Both the position numbers and the translations under genes were made by a program. Under the pieces are notes generated by a model that made no database searches, was not told where the DNA came from, and saw nothing but the letters and a program-made list of their open reading frames with translations. Positions 12,681 to 27,078 of a DNA stretch of 64,000 nucleotides are shown here, piece by piece; the stretch's first letter is position 1; every line of letters starts with the position of its first letter. The stretch is from Eledone cirrhosa. Its lineage: Eukaryota. The DNA lies in assembly GCA_964016885.1 (NCBI GenBank), contig OZ024741.1:234112001-234176000 (forward strand), read 5' to 3'.

Positions 12681-13285
12681 TCTATATCTATATATATAAA
12701 AGAAAGATGTTTATTGATTGGTTGGCTGGTTGGTTGAATCACACGAAAAACTACACACACCCACCCTCACACACACACATATCTAAAGAGAGAGAAACAC
12801 AGAGGGGTGAGGGGGCAGGAAGAGAGAGATAGGCCGTTAGACAGAGGGAAAGGCAGAAAGAGAGAAAGAAAGATACAATTAAAGTGTTAGATATTCAGAG
12901 AGAGAGAGAGAAATTAATCTACCCTCCAGCTTTTATCCATATACTACTTACAGACAGTACCAACGAAGCTAAACACTTCAGAAGCAATGTTATGCGGTAT
13001 ATTGCTACGTTTCAGACGACGTCCTTTGGAGCTGCAAAAGATCATACTGACTATGGTTATTTCACAACATTTAAAATCCAAGGTCAATGCTACCATTTAA
13101 TCGGCAGTTTACTCCTCCAACCTAATAAGGAAGTTTTATGATTGTTTTTTTTTTTTATGTCTCTCTCTCTCACACACACATTACGGTCTCACCTCATACC
13201 AGACAACAGATCCAATACAGTCTTTTGCTCTTTTATCTGTCTTCTCTTAACTGTTCTCCCGGGCGAAGCCGGGTACCTCAGCTAG
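12681..13285 (+). mobile_element. Non-autonomous Helitron with internal RepHel fragment
   Basis: 5' A|TCTATA..TATATAAA; 3' hairpin cccgggcgaagccggg then CTAG|T; internal peptide KHFRSN..Y...FQ.TSFGA..TFKIQGQCYHLIGSLL typical of the Helitron RepHel N-terminal region. Confidence 0.85.
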
Positions 13286-13289
13286 TATA

Positions 13290-14046
13290 CTATAAAGGAA
13301 AGGGAGAGGGAAAACAGAAAAAAAGGAAAAGAACGAGAAAAGAAAAAAACATAAAAAAAACACATCTGGGACGGCATACAACAAAAGGTAGGCGAAAGGG
13401 GTGGACAACCGAGCCGCTACCAGAGTAAAAGATTACAATATCGCTAGGAGCACTGGGAAACCACTCTAATGATTTTTGAGGCAAGCCAGCACGCTCGCAG
13501 CGTTACCTCGCGTGATGTCGAGGCCGATGCGCTAGAATAACCAAGCGCCCTCGCGGGCTTCACCAGTTACCTCTGATAGGCGAGCCACCAGTGAAGATAG
13601 GAATCTCGCAGTCAGTAGCCCGACTCCCTCAAACGTCTCGAACGCCACAGGCTGGAAAATGTAGTTGGCCGACAGATCATGGTATTTTAGGATTTTGTTC
13701 CGTTCGGCTGCGGCCCGCTGCATCCAGGATGTGGGAAGAAGAAAAAAGTCATTAGCTGTGATGTCCCAGATAAGGCATCTGCATCTCGACCAGGGGCACA
13801 GGGTAATTTTTCCCATCACTTCTGGGCAACCCAGATGGTTCCAGCATTGGGGGAATCTTTGGCTGGGCCAAAGCTCTCTTGGGAATAAGGTGTAGCTCCG
13901 TGTGACGAGCGAAGTGACAGGTATCCAGGCGGCAAGAAAGGCCGTGGAGGGCTGTGGGGTCGAGGAGTTTGCCACATCGTCACCTCAAACCTGTACAGAC
14001 GCCAGCTCCCACTTTGAGGGCTATGGAGACACGAAGTTCGTCCAAG
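13290..14046 (-). mobile_element. Decayed 3' fragment of a CRE-like non-LTR element (restriction-like endonuclease region + 3' UTR)
   Basis: TLCPWSRCRCLIWDIT...KY.DLSANYIFQPVAFETF; nucleotide homology to 15365-16050; frameshifts and stops. Confidence 0.85.
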
Positions 14047-14148
14047 TATATATATATATATATAATTGGTGTTGGATGCTTAATGCGTCCGTAAGCGGTA
14101 GGCTGTTTGAACACTCGATGCTCTCACAGAGCAGAGTATGATATCACA

Positions 14149-14402
14149 AAAAGAAGAGAATCAGTGTTGCGACGAATGGAATTTATTGGACATATTACAA
14201 TCGTTTCTCTGGCGACCAGCTCGAGGCACGATCGATGTGATCCTGACTCTGAAATAGCAAGGTTCTCAGATACGAAGCAGGTTTTCCAAAATCGTAGAAC
14301 CAAGACGTATCTGAGGACCTTGCGATCGTGCCTCGAGCTGGTCGCCAGAGAAACGATTGTAATATGTCCAATAAATTCCATTCGTCGCAACACTGATTCT
14401 CT

Positions 14403-14408
<6 letters not shown>
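14149..14408. mobile_element. Fold-back element with perfect 86-bp inverted arms
   Basis: 14149-14234 is the reverse complement of 14323-14408 (the ORF track gives the same peptide on both strands); an inner ~18-bp inverted pair is also present. Confidence 0.9.
14304..14368 (+). ncRNA. Type I minimal hammerhead ribozyme motif, intact core
   Basis: gacgtat-CTGAGGA-helix II (gcgatc/ggtcgc)-GAAA-cgattg-TA-atatgtc; 7-bp helix I, quasi-palindromic helix III, GUA site. Confidence 0.8.
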
Positions 14409-14449
<41 letters not shown>

Positions 14450-14537
14450 AAAGTTCTATTTAAAATTGTTGGGATACAACAAGTAAATATTTTTATAACT
14501 GATATAAAGCACTCGACAAGTATTTGGAGTAGATATA

Positions 14538-14842
<305 letters not shown>

Positions 14843-14982
14843 TGAGAGAAAGATAGAGGGTGTGGAAGGTTGCATTACTCAATCATACATCAACGTTTAT
14901 TTAAAAAAAAAAAATGAATTTATATTAAACACATACAGTAAAATACTATAATACGTGTGTGTATATGTGGCTCTTACTGCTT

Positions 14983-16570
14983 GAAATGTCCGAACTCATC
15001 CCTATTCAACGCACACAAACTTTATGAAATTTTATTGAATGAATGTAATATACAATTGTGTGTGTTTTAGTGTGTTTATATATCTATACATGTCAATGTG
15101 GATATATACACATACACCGATAAGTAAATGCAGTTGGGTGAAGCTCTCCAGCAATGGAGTGAGTTGGGCTTGTCTCTTCCTGAGAAGGTGGAGGACAGTC
15201 GAAATCAGAGAGCTTGGGACAGCATAAGTTCGAAGGCCACCTTCGACTTCCTCTTCGTCCAGTCAGATCAGTTTGTAAGGTGCCGCTTACTATCTGCCAG
15301 CGCCAAATACTCAGGCGACTGGGTCGATACCCTACCCGTGGCCAACGTTGATGGCCTACTCAGCCTGGACGAACTTCGTGCCTCCATCGCCCTCAGAGTG
15401 GGAGCTGACGTCTGCATGGGTTTGAGGTGCCGATGCGGCAAACTCCTCGACTCTACAGGCCTCCACGGTCTTTCTTGCCGCATGAATGCCGGCCGCTTCG
15501 CGCGTCACACAGAGCTAAACCTCATTCTGAAGAGAGCTTTGGCCCGGGCGAATATCCCCTCAGTCTTGGAACCATGTGGGTTCTCCAGAAGTGACGGCAA
15601 AAGACCTGACGGTCTTACCCTGTGCCCCTGGTCGAGAGGCAGGTGCCTTGTCTGGGACGTCACTGTTAGTGACTCTTTTGCTCTTTCCCACATCCTGGAT
15701 GCTGCGGTTAGGACGAGAGCCGCAGCTTTTGCAGCCGAGCGGAGTAAGACCCTCAAATACTCTGATCTGTCGGTCAACTACATTTTTCAGCCTGTGGTTT
15801 TCGAGACGTTTGGGGGAGTCGGGTCGCTGACTGCGAGGTTCCTTTCCTCATTGGCGGCTCGCCTAATAGATGTGACTGGCGAATCTCGCGAGGGTGCTTG
15901 GCTGTTTCAGCGCATCAGCCTCGCCATCACCCGAGGCAACGCTGCGAGTGTGCTGGCTTGCCTCAAAAATCATTATAGAGGTTGCCCAGTACTCGCGACG
16001 TTGCTGTCTTTTGCTCTAGTGTTGGCTCCGTTGTTCACCTCTTCCTTTACATTTTCTTTAATATTGTAGCATTGAAGGAATATATCTTTCATTGTATCAT
16101 CCTTTGTAGTGTTACCGAGGCATTTGTAATGTTATTTATGTATATATTTAAAACATATTTGTTATGTTATTCTACTGTAAATTTATTTATATGCTCTGTT
16201 TATATTTTCATTCTAAAGGAATTGCAAACGATTTGTAATGTTGTTTGTGCAACTATGAAGGATATATTTATGAAATAAAGTATTATAGGAAGTAAATGCA
16301 TACTTACGTATACATATGTATAGGTAAGTATACATATACATGCGTATACATATACATATGTATACATATACATGCGTATACATATACATTGGTATACATA
16401 TACATGCGTATATATAGGTTTACATAAATATACACAGGTCTGTGTGTACTCTTGTAAATGTACATATTTTAAAGTATAGCCCTACACATACACACACACA
16501 CAATTATACATCACATTCACACAAAAATTATAAAGTTTGTGTCGTGAGTATGGGCGAGTGCGGATATTTC
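14983..16570. mobile_element. Element with ~75-bp imperfect inverted ends enclosing the CRE-like fragment
   Basis: gaaatgtccgaactcatccctattcaacgcacacaaactttat... versus reverse complement of ~16495-16570, gaaatatccgcactcgcccatactcacgacacaaactttat... Confidence 0.6.
15128..16285 (+). mobile_element. 5'-truncated CRE-like non-LTR retrotransposon: CCHC knuckle + PD-(D/E)xK restriction-like endonuclease + 3' UTR
   Basis: ORF 15128-16069: CRCG..LD..GLHGLSC, RH.ELN, LEP.G..R.DGKRPDGLT..PW..GR.LVWDVTV.D, ERSK..KY; AATAAA at ~16274. Confidence 0.88.
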
Positions 16571-16581
16571 ACACACACATA

Positions 16582-16670
16582 CAGGGTGTCACAAAAAAAT
16601 GTATACGCACTTTAATTACCTGTACAGGCAATATTTATTAGAATGCTGTTGAAGTGCGTATACATTTTGT
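16582..16670. mobile_element. Tc1/mariner-like MITE remnant
   Basis: TA|CAGGGTGTCACAAAA end; internal inverted pair aaaatgtatacgcactttaa / ttgaagtgcgtatacatttt. Confidence 0.55.
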
Positions 16671-16753
16671 ATTTATTTATTTATCTATATATCTATAAAT
16701 GTGTATATGTATATAAAAATATATATATACGTGTATACACACACACATATATC

Positions 16754-16949
16754 TAGGAGAAAGTATGACCCCGACGGCAGAGCTCAAACCGTTTCGACGG
16801 CTATTTCTGGACGTCCAGAAATAGCCGTCGAAACGGCTTGAGCTCTGTCGTCGGGGTCATACTTTCTCCTACTACCCACTCTTCTACTCTAAGTATTGAG
16901 TACTCTGGTGCGTTATGGTCCATCTGGTTCCTTACCACAACTCCTTCGT

Positions 16950-16950
<1 letters not shown>
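16754..16950 (+). mobile_element. 118-bp palindrome plus ~80-bp tail inserted in (TA)n (copy 1)
   Basis: Palindrome 16754-16871 centred on gac|gtc; tail contains gtattgagtact; second copy at 54338. Confidence 0.9.
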
Positions 16951-18180
<1,230 letters not shown>

Positions 18181-19485
18181 TACAGTTTTAATATAAACGC
18201 AAACATATGCGTGTGTGTGCGTATTTCAATGAATGAAAAGAGTAGTATCTTTAAAAGTAGTTATCAATATCAACATGAAGACAATTTATTTCCGCTTCAT
18301 TACTGTGAAGTAAGAGGGTGGTTAACGACTTAAAAGACAACCTTGCTTACCACCACGACCAGAATTGCTGAGCGAGAAAGAGTAGGGAATAAGTAAGAGA
18401 GAAGAGGGGGGAAAAGTGGAGTGAAAAGAGAGAGTCAGTGAAGGGGAGTGAAAAGAGATAAAAGGCGATTAAGGAGAGAAAGAGGAATAAGGTGTATGAA
18501 GGGAATGAGAAGAGGCGAAGGGAGAGAAGCCAGCTGAGAAAGAAAGGAAAAACCTCCTGACACCTCTACCACCTCCTCCTCCACAGCTGCCGCCATCCTC
18601 GTACCATCCCCATTCTTGCGAATTGCACAAATTTCCAATGTGTTAATTTTAGCAATAGATCGATTTTATGAGTATGTTTTATTTAGTTATTTTTCTCATT
18701 CGACTCCAGCTAGCAAATGAAATGGAAATCGATCGGGACAGCATAAAGGAGGAAAACAAAAAAATATAGCTGATTTACAAAGAAAAAAGTTAGTGGTAGG
18801 TCAAGTGTTAGGTTCAGGGGGAGGTAACACGATTGAAGGATTTGCCGACAAACAAAGACAGTTTGTCTATATAGCATTTCAAATTTTATATCGGAAAGAA
18901 TGTTAGTGATATAAATGTCTTGGGTTTCTTTTTACGATAAGATGACAAATTAGCTTGGAAATGTTAGATATTTTATAGAAAAAAGATTAAAGAATCTAAC
19001 TGAATATTATTTCACGAAGGAGTATTTGAAAACGGTACAGAAAACGAACTGCCAAAAAAAATGAAATCCACGTGTGAGAGAAACAAACAAGATAATTTTA
19101 CTCAGGGACTTATTAACGGACGACACCGTCTGTCTGTCTGTAAGTCTTAACAGTGTCTAGTGCTCTTCTATTTCAAAAATTCATCTTCGATTTAAACCAG
19201 AAAATATCAAAGTGGGAGGTAAGTTTCTGTCATCTTTCCACAAGTAAATACTCCTATCTGCTTCAGTATCATCCATTCTGTTTGTGTGAAAGGGCTAAAC
19301 TGATCTCTCCATGCTTCCTCCTACCCTTGAGAGTCACATAGAGTGGGGAAAGGTAGACAGAGAGAGGCAGCTACATTATATATATATATATAATGCGAGG
19401 GTAATATATAGAGAACTATGTATATATATAACGTGCGTGAGGCAGCTTCACATAAAAAATAAATATGTATGTATATATATATATA

Positions 19486-19545
<60 letters not shown>

Positions 19546-19548
<3 letters not shown>

Positions 19549-19588
19549 TCTTGTCTGATGATCTAAACTCTTAAGAGTAATAAGACTC
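19546..19588 (+). ncRNA. Hammerhead remnant lacking helix II
   Basis: gagtcttgt-CTGATGA-tct-AAA-ctcttaagag-TA-ataagactc; 9-bp helix I and 12-nt palindromic helix III. Confidence 0.65.
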
Positions 19589-19777
19589 ATCACTTAGTCA
19601 TAAAGTATATTATGAAACTACTTCGATATTGAGTATTCATTCTCGCGTCCGTCAACATCATACGAATATATATATAAAGAGAGAGGGGGCAGCTGCATAG
19701 AGATAGATATGTATATATATATTTATATATATATAGTGAAGGTAATGTGAATGTGTGTGTATATATTATATAGAGAG

Positions 19778-20060
19778 ACGCGCAGACATGACGGAATTGT
19801 TAAGAAATCCGCTCAGCAATCATGAGGTTTTGGGTTCCATTCCACTGCGCGGTATATTGAGCAAGTGTAATACCACAGCCTCGGGTCGAAGTAGGCCTTG
19901 TAAGCGAAATTTGGTAGCCGCTTGAAGGGATTGTACTTGTTATTCAAAGAGCCAGTCTTGTCACACTGCGTTTTGCTGACTCTACTTGAGGATTACGTTA
20001 AAGGTACAACTGTTTGTGGAACACTTAAATTCATTAAGTAGGGATCGTCGAAACCGATGG
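19778..20060 (+). mobile_element. tRNA-derived SINE
   Basis: A-box-like tgacggaattgtt, B-box-like ggttccattcc; 3' part shared with the SINE at 1034. Confidence 0.6.
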
Positions 20061-20479
20061 AGGTCCATTTACTTAACTTATTTTGCACACATATGTGTGT
20101 GTGTATGTATTTGAAACATGATAGTCATATTAACTAGTGAACTATATCGACATTCTTGCTCGTCCTAATCTATTTATCCGCTAAAACTAATAAACACACC
20201 TTTCTCTTTGACGATGAGTCTGCCCGAAACATTTCACTGTTTAAACTTTTGTATATACAGATCATATTTCTTAATCCGAGACCCTCAGTCCGGCAGGCTT
20301 TACATTTTATATTACATAAAACTATGAAAACCTTGTTTGGTCTTGTTTTAAAATAAAGTACCAATAATGCACTGGGTAATTGCTGGCCTTGTGCCTAAAG
20401 TAGAAACGATTATTTCTTGTTTTAAGCTGTGCTCTAGAATAAGTTATGTTTACATGGGGGTTCCCTTAATGGGGTCAGT

Positions 20480-20700
20480 GTCTGTTTTCCGGCATTTTCC
20501 TTTGGTCGAGCAATGACCTGGCCCCCGAGGTTTCCGGATTTAAGAGGCCTGGCCGGTTTTGTGTATGGATGAGTGGGAAAACAAGAAGAGGTAGAAAGGG
20601 GCGTATATATATAGAACGATAGTGTGTGTAACTAATTTTGGCTACTTGTTCTCCCGCCTTAGGAATTTCTGTTGTGCAGCAAGCCTGTAAAGGTAAACAT
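20480..20700 (+). promoter_or_regulatory. Possible promoter and non-coding first exon (plus strand)
   Basis: CpG-retaining island, ttccgg (ETS-like) motifs, TATATA at ~20604, donor-like aag|gtaaac at ~20692. Confidence 0.3.
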
Positions 20701-21382
20701 CTGCAACAAGTCACCACTTCACCATTTTGATCGATTTAATTGAAAAAAAAAAATGATAAATTCCTCTATTTACACCTGGAATATTTTAAATGAATATAAA
20801 CCAACTTCACTATTCGACTGGAAGTTTTTTTTATCTATCCTGAAAAACGAAATTGTTGACTGTTTCTATAATTCCATTCATATATAGGATGCTTTACTAA
20901 AATATAAATTTACCCTTCTGTTTGCTACTTTATTTTATTGGCCCTAGAGGGGCGAAAGGCACTATTAACTACGACTGGATTCGAACTCATAACGTAACGG
21001 GTCGTAACGAAATTCGCTGTAACGATTTTGTTAACCTACCGCCATCAACTAAAACATTAAAATGAGTCTCTATTTCGTCGCTTTGATTGTTGCGAACAGC
21101 AACCAAATCTCCTTCAGATCACACTCGCCCACCTTAAATAATCCTAAAAAGACGGGTGGTCATGGCTGGAGTGGCTTTTACTATAGATCCGCTGGATCCG
21201 GGCTGATCTGGAGATAGGCAACATAATCTTTGGGTTTTAATGTGTCGACGGTTGCAGCTTTGTTTCGTATGAATCTCCTTATTTACTACTGTTTGTCGAT
21301 AAAATAAGGCGGGCGATGCTTTGTATTGGTTTACACTCGTCATTTTTGTCTATTTCCGTTTCTCTCTCTCTCTCTCTCTGTG

Positions 21383-21421
<39 letters not shown>

Positions 21422-23050
21422 AGGAAGCAAGAATTACATAGTGATCGTACGGAAATAGATTTTCATAATCCGTCTTTGTTCCATAGTTTTATAGATGTAT
21501 TTCCTGTCGTCTCTGCGGCGCATATTTTTGTTTAAACGGATACATGTATGTGTATATATATATATGTATATGTGCGCGTACACATTTGAACAAGTTGTAG
21601 ATATATATTCAATACAAAGCTTTAATGGTGATTTCAATATAAAAAATAGCAAAATGAACCTTATTACTATACTATACAATAGTTTTTTTCCGCCAATAAG
21701 ATAAAATTAATAAGTATATAAACGTCTTTAAAAGTTTTATATAGATTTAAGCTATGGTTTGTTTGTTTTATATCCTTGATTTTGTTTTTGTCAGTTCATC
21801 TGAGCGGGATCCGTTTAACCCCCCCCCCCCCCCCCCCTCCCCGAAATTACTGTTTCGTAATATGAAACTTCGGCGCTAGAAAAGAATCTTAGAATCAAGA
21901 ATGCCGCTATAAATCAATGATTTATATACAAAATCTGAAAGCCCCCCCCCCCCCCCGTCACAACTTCGAAATCGCACCCACGAGCATTGTACAACGTATA
22001 GAACGAACTCCCAAATGTGTTTATTTTACATCTGATTTTCCATGTGTGGGTTACAGATCAAGTCAGTACTTTATCGAAAACCATTTTTTGTATCTTTCTA
22101 CAGCTGGGTGTCCTTCCAAACGTCAACCACTTTACAAAGTGAACTGGCGCCACCTGTAAGGAAGTTATCAGTTACACACACATATATATACATATATTTA
22201 TATGCACACATACACATTAAATGCGTGAACATTTTTGAATGATAAGGGAGGGAACAATACTGATTTCGGAACTCTGGAGGGTGGAAGAATGAACCCTCTA
22301 AAAATTGAAGAGGTCTGAGAATTTTTTTTATTTAGACAGGGGTGTTAGATATCGCCGGGTTCCCCTCCTTGTCTTTCCGTTGCTCCAAACTAATGTACCG
22401 GCTGAGCCCAAGCCCTGCATGCAGTTGATGAAAGAGTTCTTTGTAGGACGTCGATCTGTCCTCTAATTAAAGATCCAGTTTAATATAAAATATGGTAGGG
22501 TTTTCTTCCTGTAATATCTAAATCTTCCTCACTTTTTAAAAACACTTTACATATTTCACTTAGGTATCTCTAATGTTTTGTCGATATAGTAAGTACCTGT
22601 GATATTCGGTATTGATTCGATCCCATATAAATTTATGACGGTGGAGCGTCAAACGAAATATAACGTCAAGTCCAAATCTCATTAGTGCTTTTTATCCCAC
22701 TGGTGAGTCGACGAAAGAGAATTTACGCGATCATCGACCTGCTAGAAATAGCAGCTAAATTCCTTTTATAAATGGACTTTTACGACAATATAGTTTCTAC
22801 ACGCCTAAAAAGACGATGGCCCTGGTTGGATTTCATTTCATCACAAAGCTGATAGCTACGACATGACTGGAATGTGATTCGGTTGTTATTTCTAACTGGT
22901 TCAGCGACCATGTAGAGGCTCCACGATCAAATAAAAACAAAATGTATTAAACCGAATACGTTCTAAATTTATTGCATTTGTAATCAGTCAATCTACTAGA
23001 AACAGCATCCAAATATATATATATTGATACACACACACACACACATGTGA

Positions 23051-23087
<37 letters not shown>

Positions 23088-23329
23088 CACGTATTTTTTT
23101 TTTTACATCTGCTTCAAACATGCTAAACAAGGTTGTTCAGACAATTGTGGTCGTATACCATTTTGAGGTCCATGTAACAAGTATACACCTCTTGGCAATA
23201 CTCCAATGATTACTCAAAGACCTGCTGCAGAGTGAATATTTAGTCGGCTGTGCTATGTCCAGGACAAAAAAACCACAGTTTATCAGCCAGCTTGGGCTCG
23301 ACAATACTCCTACATCTCTTGGCCAGACA

Positions 23330-23955
23330 CCTAGCATAGTGGAGTTACACTAAAGCAAGTATCTCGGAGCCATTTCACAAGTGAAGGAAGGTAGGAGGCT
23401 GAATTAAATGCAAGAATTGCTGAAGCTGGTGTAATAATACACCAGCTTCAGCATTCAGTTATCGAAAGAAGGGAGGTAGGTGAAAAAGCCGAACTCGTTA
23501 TCTTCAATTCAGTATTCCTGCTTACTCTTACCTGTGGTCATGAATCTTGGATAATGACTAAAAGAATAGGATTGCTAGTACAAGTGACCAAAATAGAATT
23601 CCTTCAAAAGGTCTCTAGGGTAACTTTACTTCATAGAGTGCATAGCTTGGAGATCAGGGAGTCGCTCCTTGTAGAGCTACTACTTCTCTGTATTGAAAGA
23701 TCACAGCTCCAGTTCTACGGACATGTGGTTAGACTGACAGGGTAAAGAATTGCAGGACAGATTTTATGGACAAAGCCAACTAGCAGGAGACTCTGAGGCA
23801 GACTATGAGCAATATATTTGGTTAACATCCATAAGCTCGGTTGGTCACACTTTGAGATCCAGCTGGATCATTTGGAGACAGTTGCTTCTGATACTGGGGA
23901 CTCAGCCCCCATGATTCCTCAGAAATAAGTAGCGAAGAAAAAGATAATGGATAGA
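23330..23955 (+). mobile_element. RTE-clade LINE 3' fragment, decayed
   Basis: KYLG, GHESWIMTKR, IERSQLQFYGHVVR; an inverted homologue lies at 36170-36545. Confidence 0.8.
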
Positions 23956-24008
23956 TGCTAGTACCATCTATTTCCAATTCATCTAAGATTAAAGAACCGT
24001 TAACTTAA

Positions 24009-24204
24009 CCCTTTAGCATTTGCATTACTCTATATTTACTATTGTATTTTCATAGTAAAGGCTTTACCTCACATAATATCGAATCTATGAGATTTTGATA
24101 TTATTTATTTTGAGAACAGTACCTTAACGTCGGTATGAGTGGCCGGTTATGGCCGATTTGAACAGAAAGAGGCGAACGAATTTTGGCTGGATAATGCTAA
24201 AGGG
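24009..24204. mobile_element. piggyBac-type MITE
   Basis: TTAA|CCCTTTAGCATT ... AATGCTAAAGGG|TTAA. Confidence 0.85.
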
Positions 24205-24256
24205 TTAAACTATACATAAGGGTGTCAAATTAAATTTAATATTAGGGCTTATAAAA

Positions 24257-24475
24257 GGTGGTTGGTTGACAGAATTGATAGTGCATTGGATAAAATGCCA
24301 TTACATTTGTTTTGGCTCTTTACATAACAAGTTCAAATCTTGCTGGGGTTAACTTTGCCTTTCATCCTTCCCAGGGTCAATAAAATAGAGTACCAGTAAA
24401 GTGCAGGGGGGCTTGATTTAATTAACTTTGCCTCTCCTTCAAAATTTGATGGTCTGATGCCTAAATTAGAAATCA
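24257..24475 (+). mobile_element. tRNA-derived SINE (gcctttcatcc core family)
   Basis: B box agttcaaatc, core actttgcctttcatccttcccagggtcaataaaat, tail cctaaattagaaa. Confidence 0.75.
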
Positions 24476-27040
24476 GTTATAACTTATACGTTAGCTTTCA
24501 CATCCTCAGACTTAATGTACTTTGAATTGGAAGGCTGAGCATGCACCATCAGATGCCCAGTGTCAATGTCCATGATCAATGGAGAACAGATGAGCTAAGA
24601 GAGAAGATAGTAATTAGATGGAATCAGCCAAAGAGAAGACTGAGCTAGTGCTGACATGTGATATATATGCAAGATAACAGTTGAGTGAAGAAGTGGCAAG
24701 GATCCAAGTAAAAAGAGCCTGTAGAAAAGGACATAGATGTAGGACATATCTTGGTACCTAAGCAGTTTTATCATTTGGTATTTTAGTCATTACCATTTTA
24801 TTTTCAGAAGTATATTTCGTACTAAATTTGTTAATGAGGAGTATTCTGTGGTTTGATCAACTGATCTATCTACACATTGAATTGGTATGTAAGTGATTGA
24901 GACATGTGTACCCTGAATGTAATCCTCATGTAGAATCGCCATATCATTGAATTTTAAAAACCTCTGAATTAGAATCCATAAGATGGACTTCTGCCTACTC
25001 AGTTTCAATCACAAGGTTGGTATAAACCTGAAGCTATGGCAAAAGACACTTGCCCAAGAACTTGTAATTGTAAACAAACTTAAACTATTAGCTATGATGT
25101 GTCTATATTAGCCAATATATCCTGCCTAGTTTAAGATGAAATTTGAGGGAAATTTAGTTGCTATTTCTGGCATTTTTAGTAACCATTTAAAGGCTTCCAT
25201 CTTTGGCTTGTCTGAACAGCTTTATATGCTGTAAGCTATGTCACACTTTACATTTGAAATGACCAATTCTTTCCTTAGTTTCATTGATTTAAACACATTC
25301 ATATTTCATAGATAATGTGAGCTGTTGTCCACCAAATTGAGAGGATGTCGAGGCCACATTGTCCACCTAATTGAAAGGCTGCTTAAGCCTATACTATGAA
25401 ATGTTGAAGGCACATTTCCTATCATCATCATTGTATTGTGTTCTTAGTAAAATCTCTTAGCCATCACCATCATCATCATATCTATGTCCACTTTTCTATG
25501 CTGGCATAGATTAGATGGGGTGTTTTAAGACAATGTTTTACAGTCAGATGCTTTTCCTGTACTAAATCACTTCTTAACCCCTAATGTCCTGTACTACATG
25601 AAACTACATTTGTAAGACATTCTTGAAAAGTACAAAGCAGCATTATGACTGCATCATGTTAAAAATTTACTGCAAATTTTCTCAACAATCTGTCCATTAA
25701 CAGTATAAACATTTGAATTAGCTAACCTATTTTTAGGTATTATCTGCTAAATCATTACAGGAAGTTAATAGTAAACTAATCTAACAGGTTGATTTGATTC
25801 TTGATGACTTTGTATTTATCCATTTACCTAGGATGTGAGATGAATTTCCACATGGACATGACACCAGTCTATTGCAGGTAACATTTTCTGGTGATCTGGT
25901 ACCTATTCGTGGCAGTTAGTTCCACTGAGGTAATGTAGAATATAGTGCTCTGTCTAGAAACAACCAGGCAAGGATATGTGGTTAAGCATCTTTTACTCTA
26001 AACTGAGGTTGATTAAAGCCTTCTAATAACTTTGGGAGACAGAAACTGTGTGGAAGCCTGTCAGAGAATCAAGCCTGTTCTTGAGTAGTGAACTTGATTT
26101 GTTTACCAACATATTTCTGGTAAAAATTAAATTTACCTGTTACATTGAATTTCTCACTGAAAATTTATATTTACTCTATTGTTTTTCTTTTTGCTGCTGC
26201 TGCTCTACTACTATTACTACTACTACTACTACTACATTGATACACACAAATACAACCTATATCTTAATCACCATTTTATGTATATTTTCTATGCTTGCAT
26301 GGGTTAGATGGGTTGTCAAGCTTTGAGGCCAGACAGGTCAGATGACTGCATATTGCTCATACATTCCATCTTTGGCATGATTTCTACAGTTGGATGCCCT
26401 TCTTAATGCCAACCACTTCATGGTGTGTACTGGGTACACTTTATCATGGAACCATCACTACCACTTAACAAGTTGCACTAGGTTTTTTTTATTATGACAC
26501 CAGCACTGACATATTTGAAATAGGATGCTCATTGTGTCTTCAGCCAGTGTAGTGTGGGGGTCAAGAGGGAGGTTACATGTTACTTGCTGAGAGAAAAGGT
26601 AGCTTTATGACTGGTATCTGGCAGTGCATTATGGGGTACATATAGCCTTCCCTGCTGGCATGGTTGTACTAGGAACTGAGGATCAGAGAGGAGAGAATAC
26701 TAAGGCATTGAGGATGAGGGGGGAAGATTATGTGTGAGGGGCATGACTAGATAGAAGAAGTAAGTTAGATAATGAGATAGGGAGATGGAAGGGGGCACAT
26801 TTGGTAGGGGGATGAAGACCTAAATATATATGTATCAGTTTGTGAAGATATAGAATGTGTGCGTCTGTGTATATATATATTCACACACACACACACGTAT
26901 ATGTATGTGTATACACAAACACAGACAAATAATTTACTTGCCACTATTAGAAATCACCTTGACAGTAAACACTTAGTTGACAGATAATCAGGTTGATATG
27001 TAGTGAGGTGTGTGTGTATGTGCATATTTATGAGTATGTA

Positions 27041-27078
<38 letters not shown>

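Noticed and set aside
18435-18638. MAAAVEEEVV... ORF as a coding exon
   Set aside because: The frame closes in a low-complexity tract before the candidate donor; at most a 5' UTR or uORF.
20203-20250. TTGACGA...GAAA hammerhead-like string
   Set aside because: Helices I-III do not pair convincingly.
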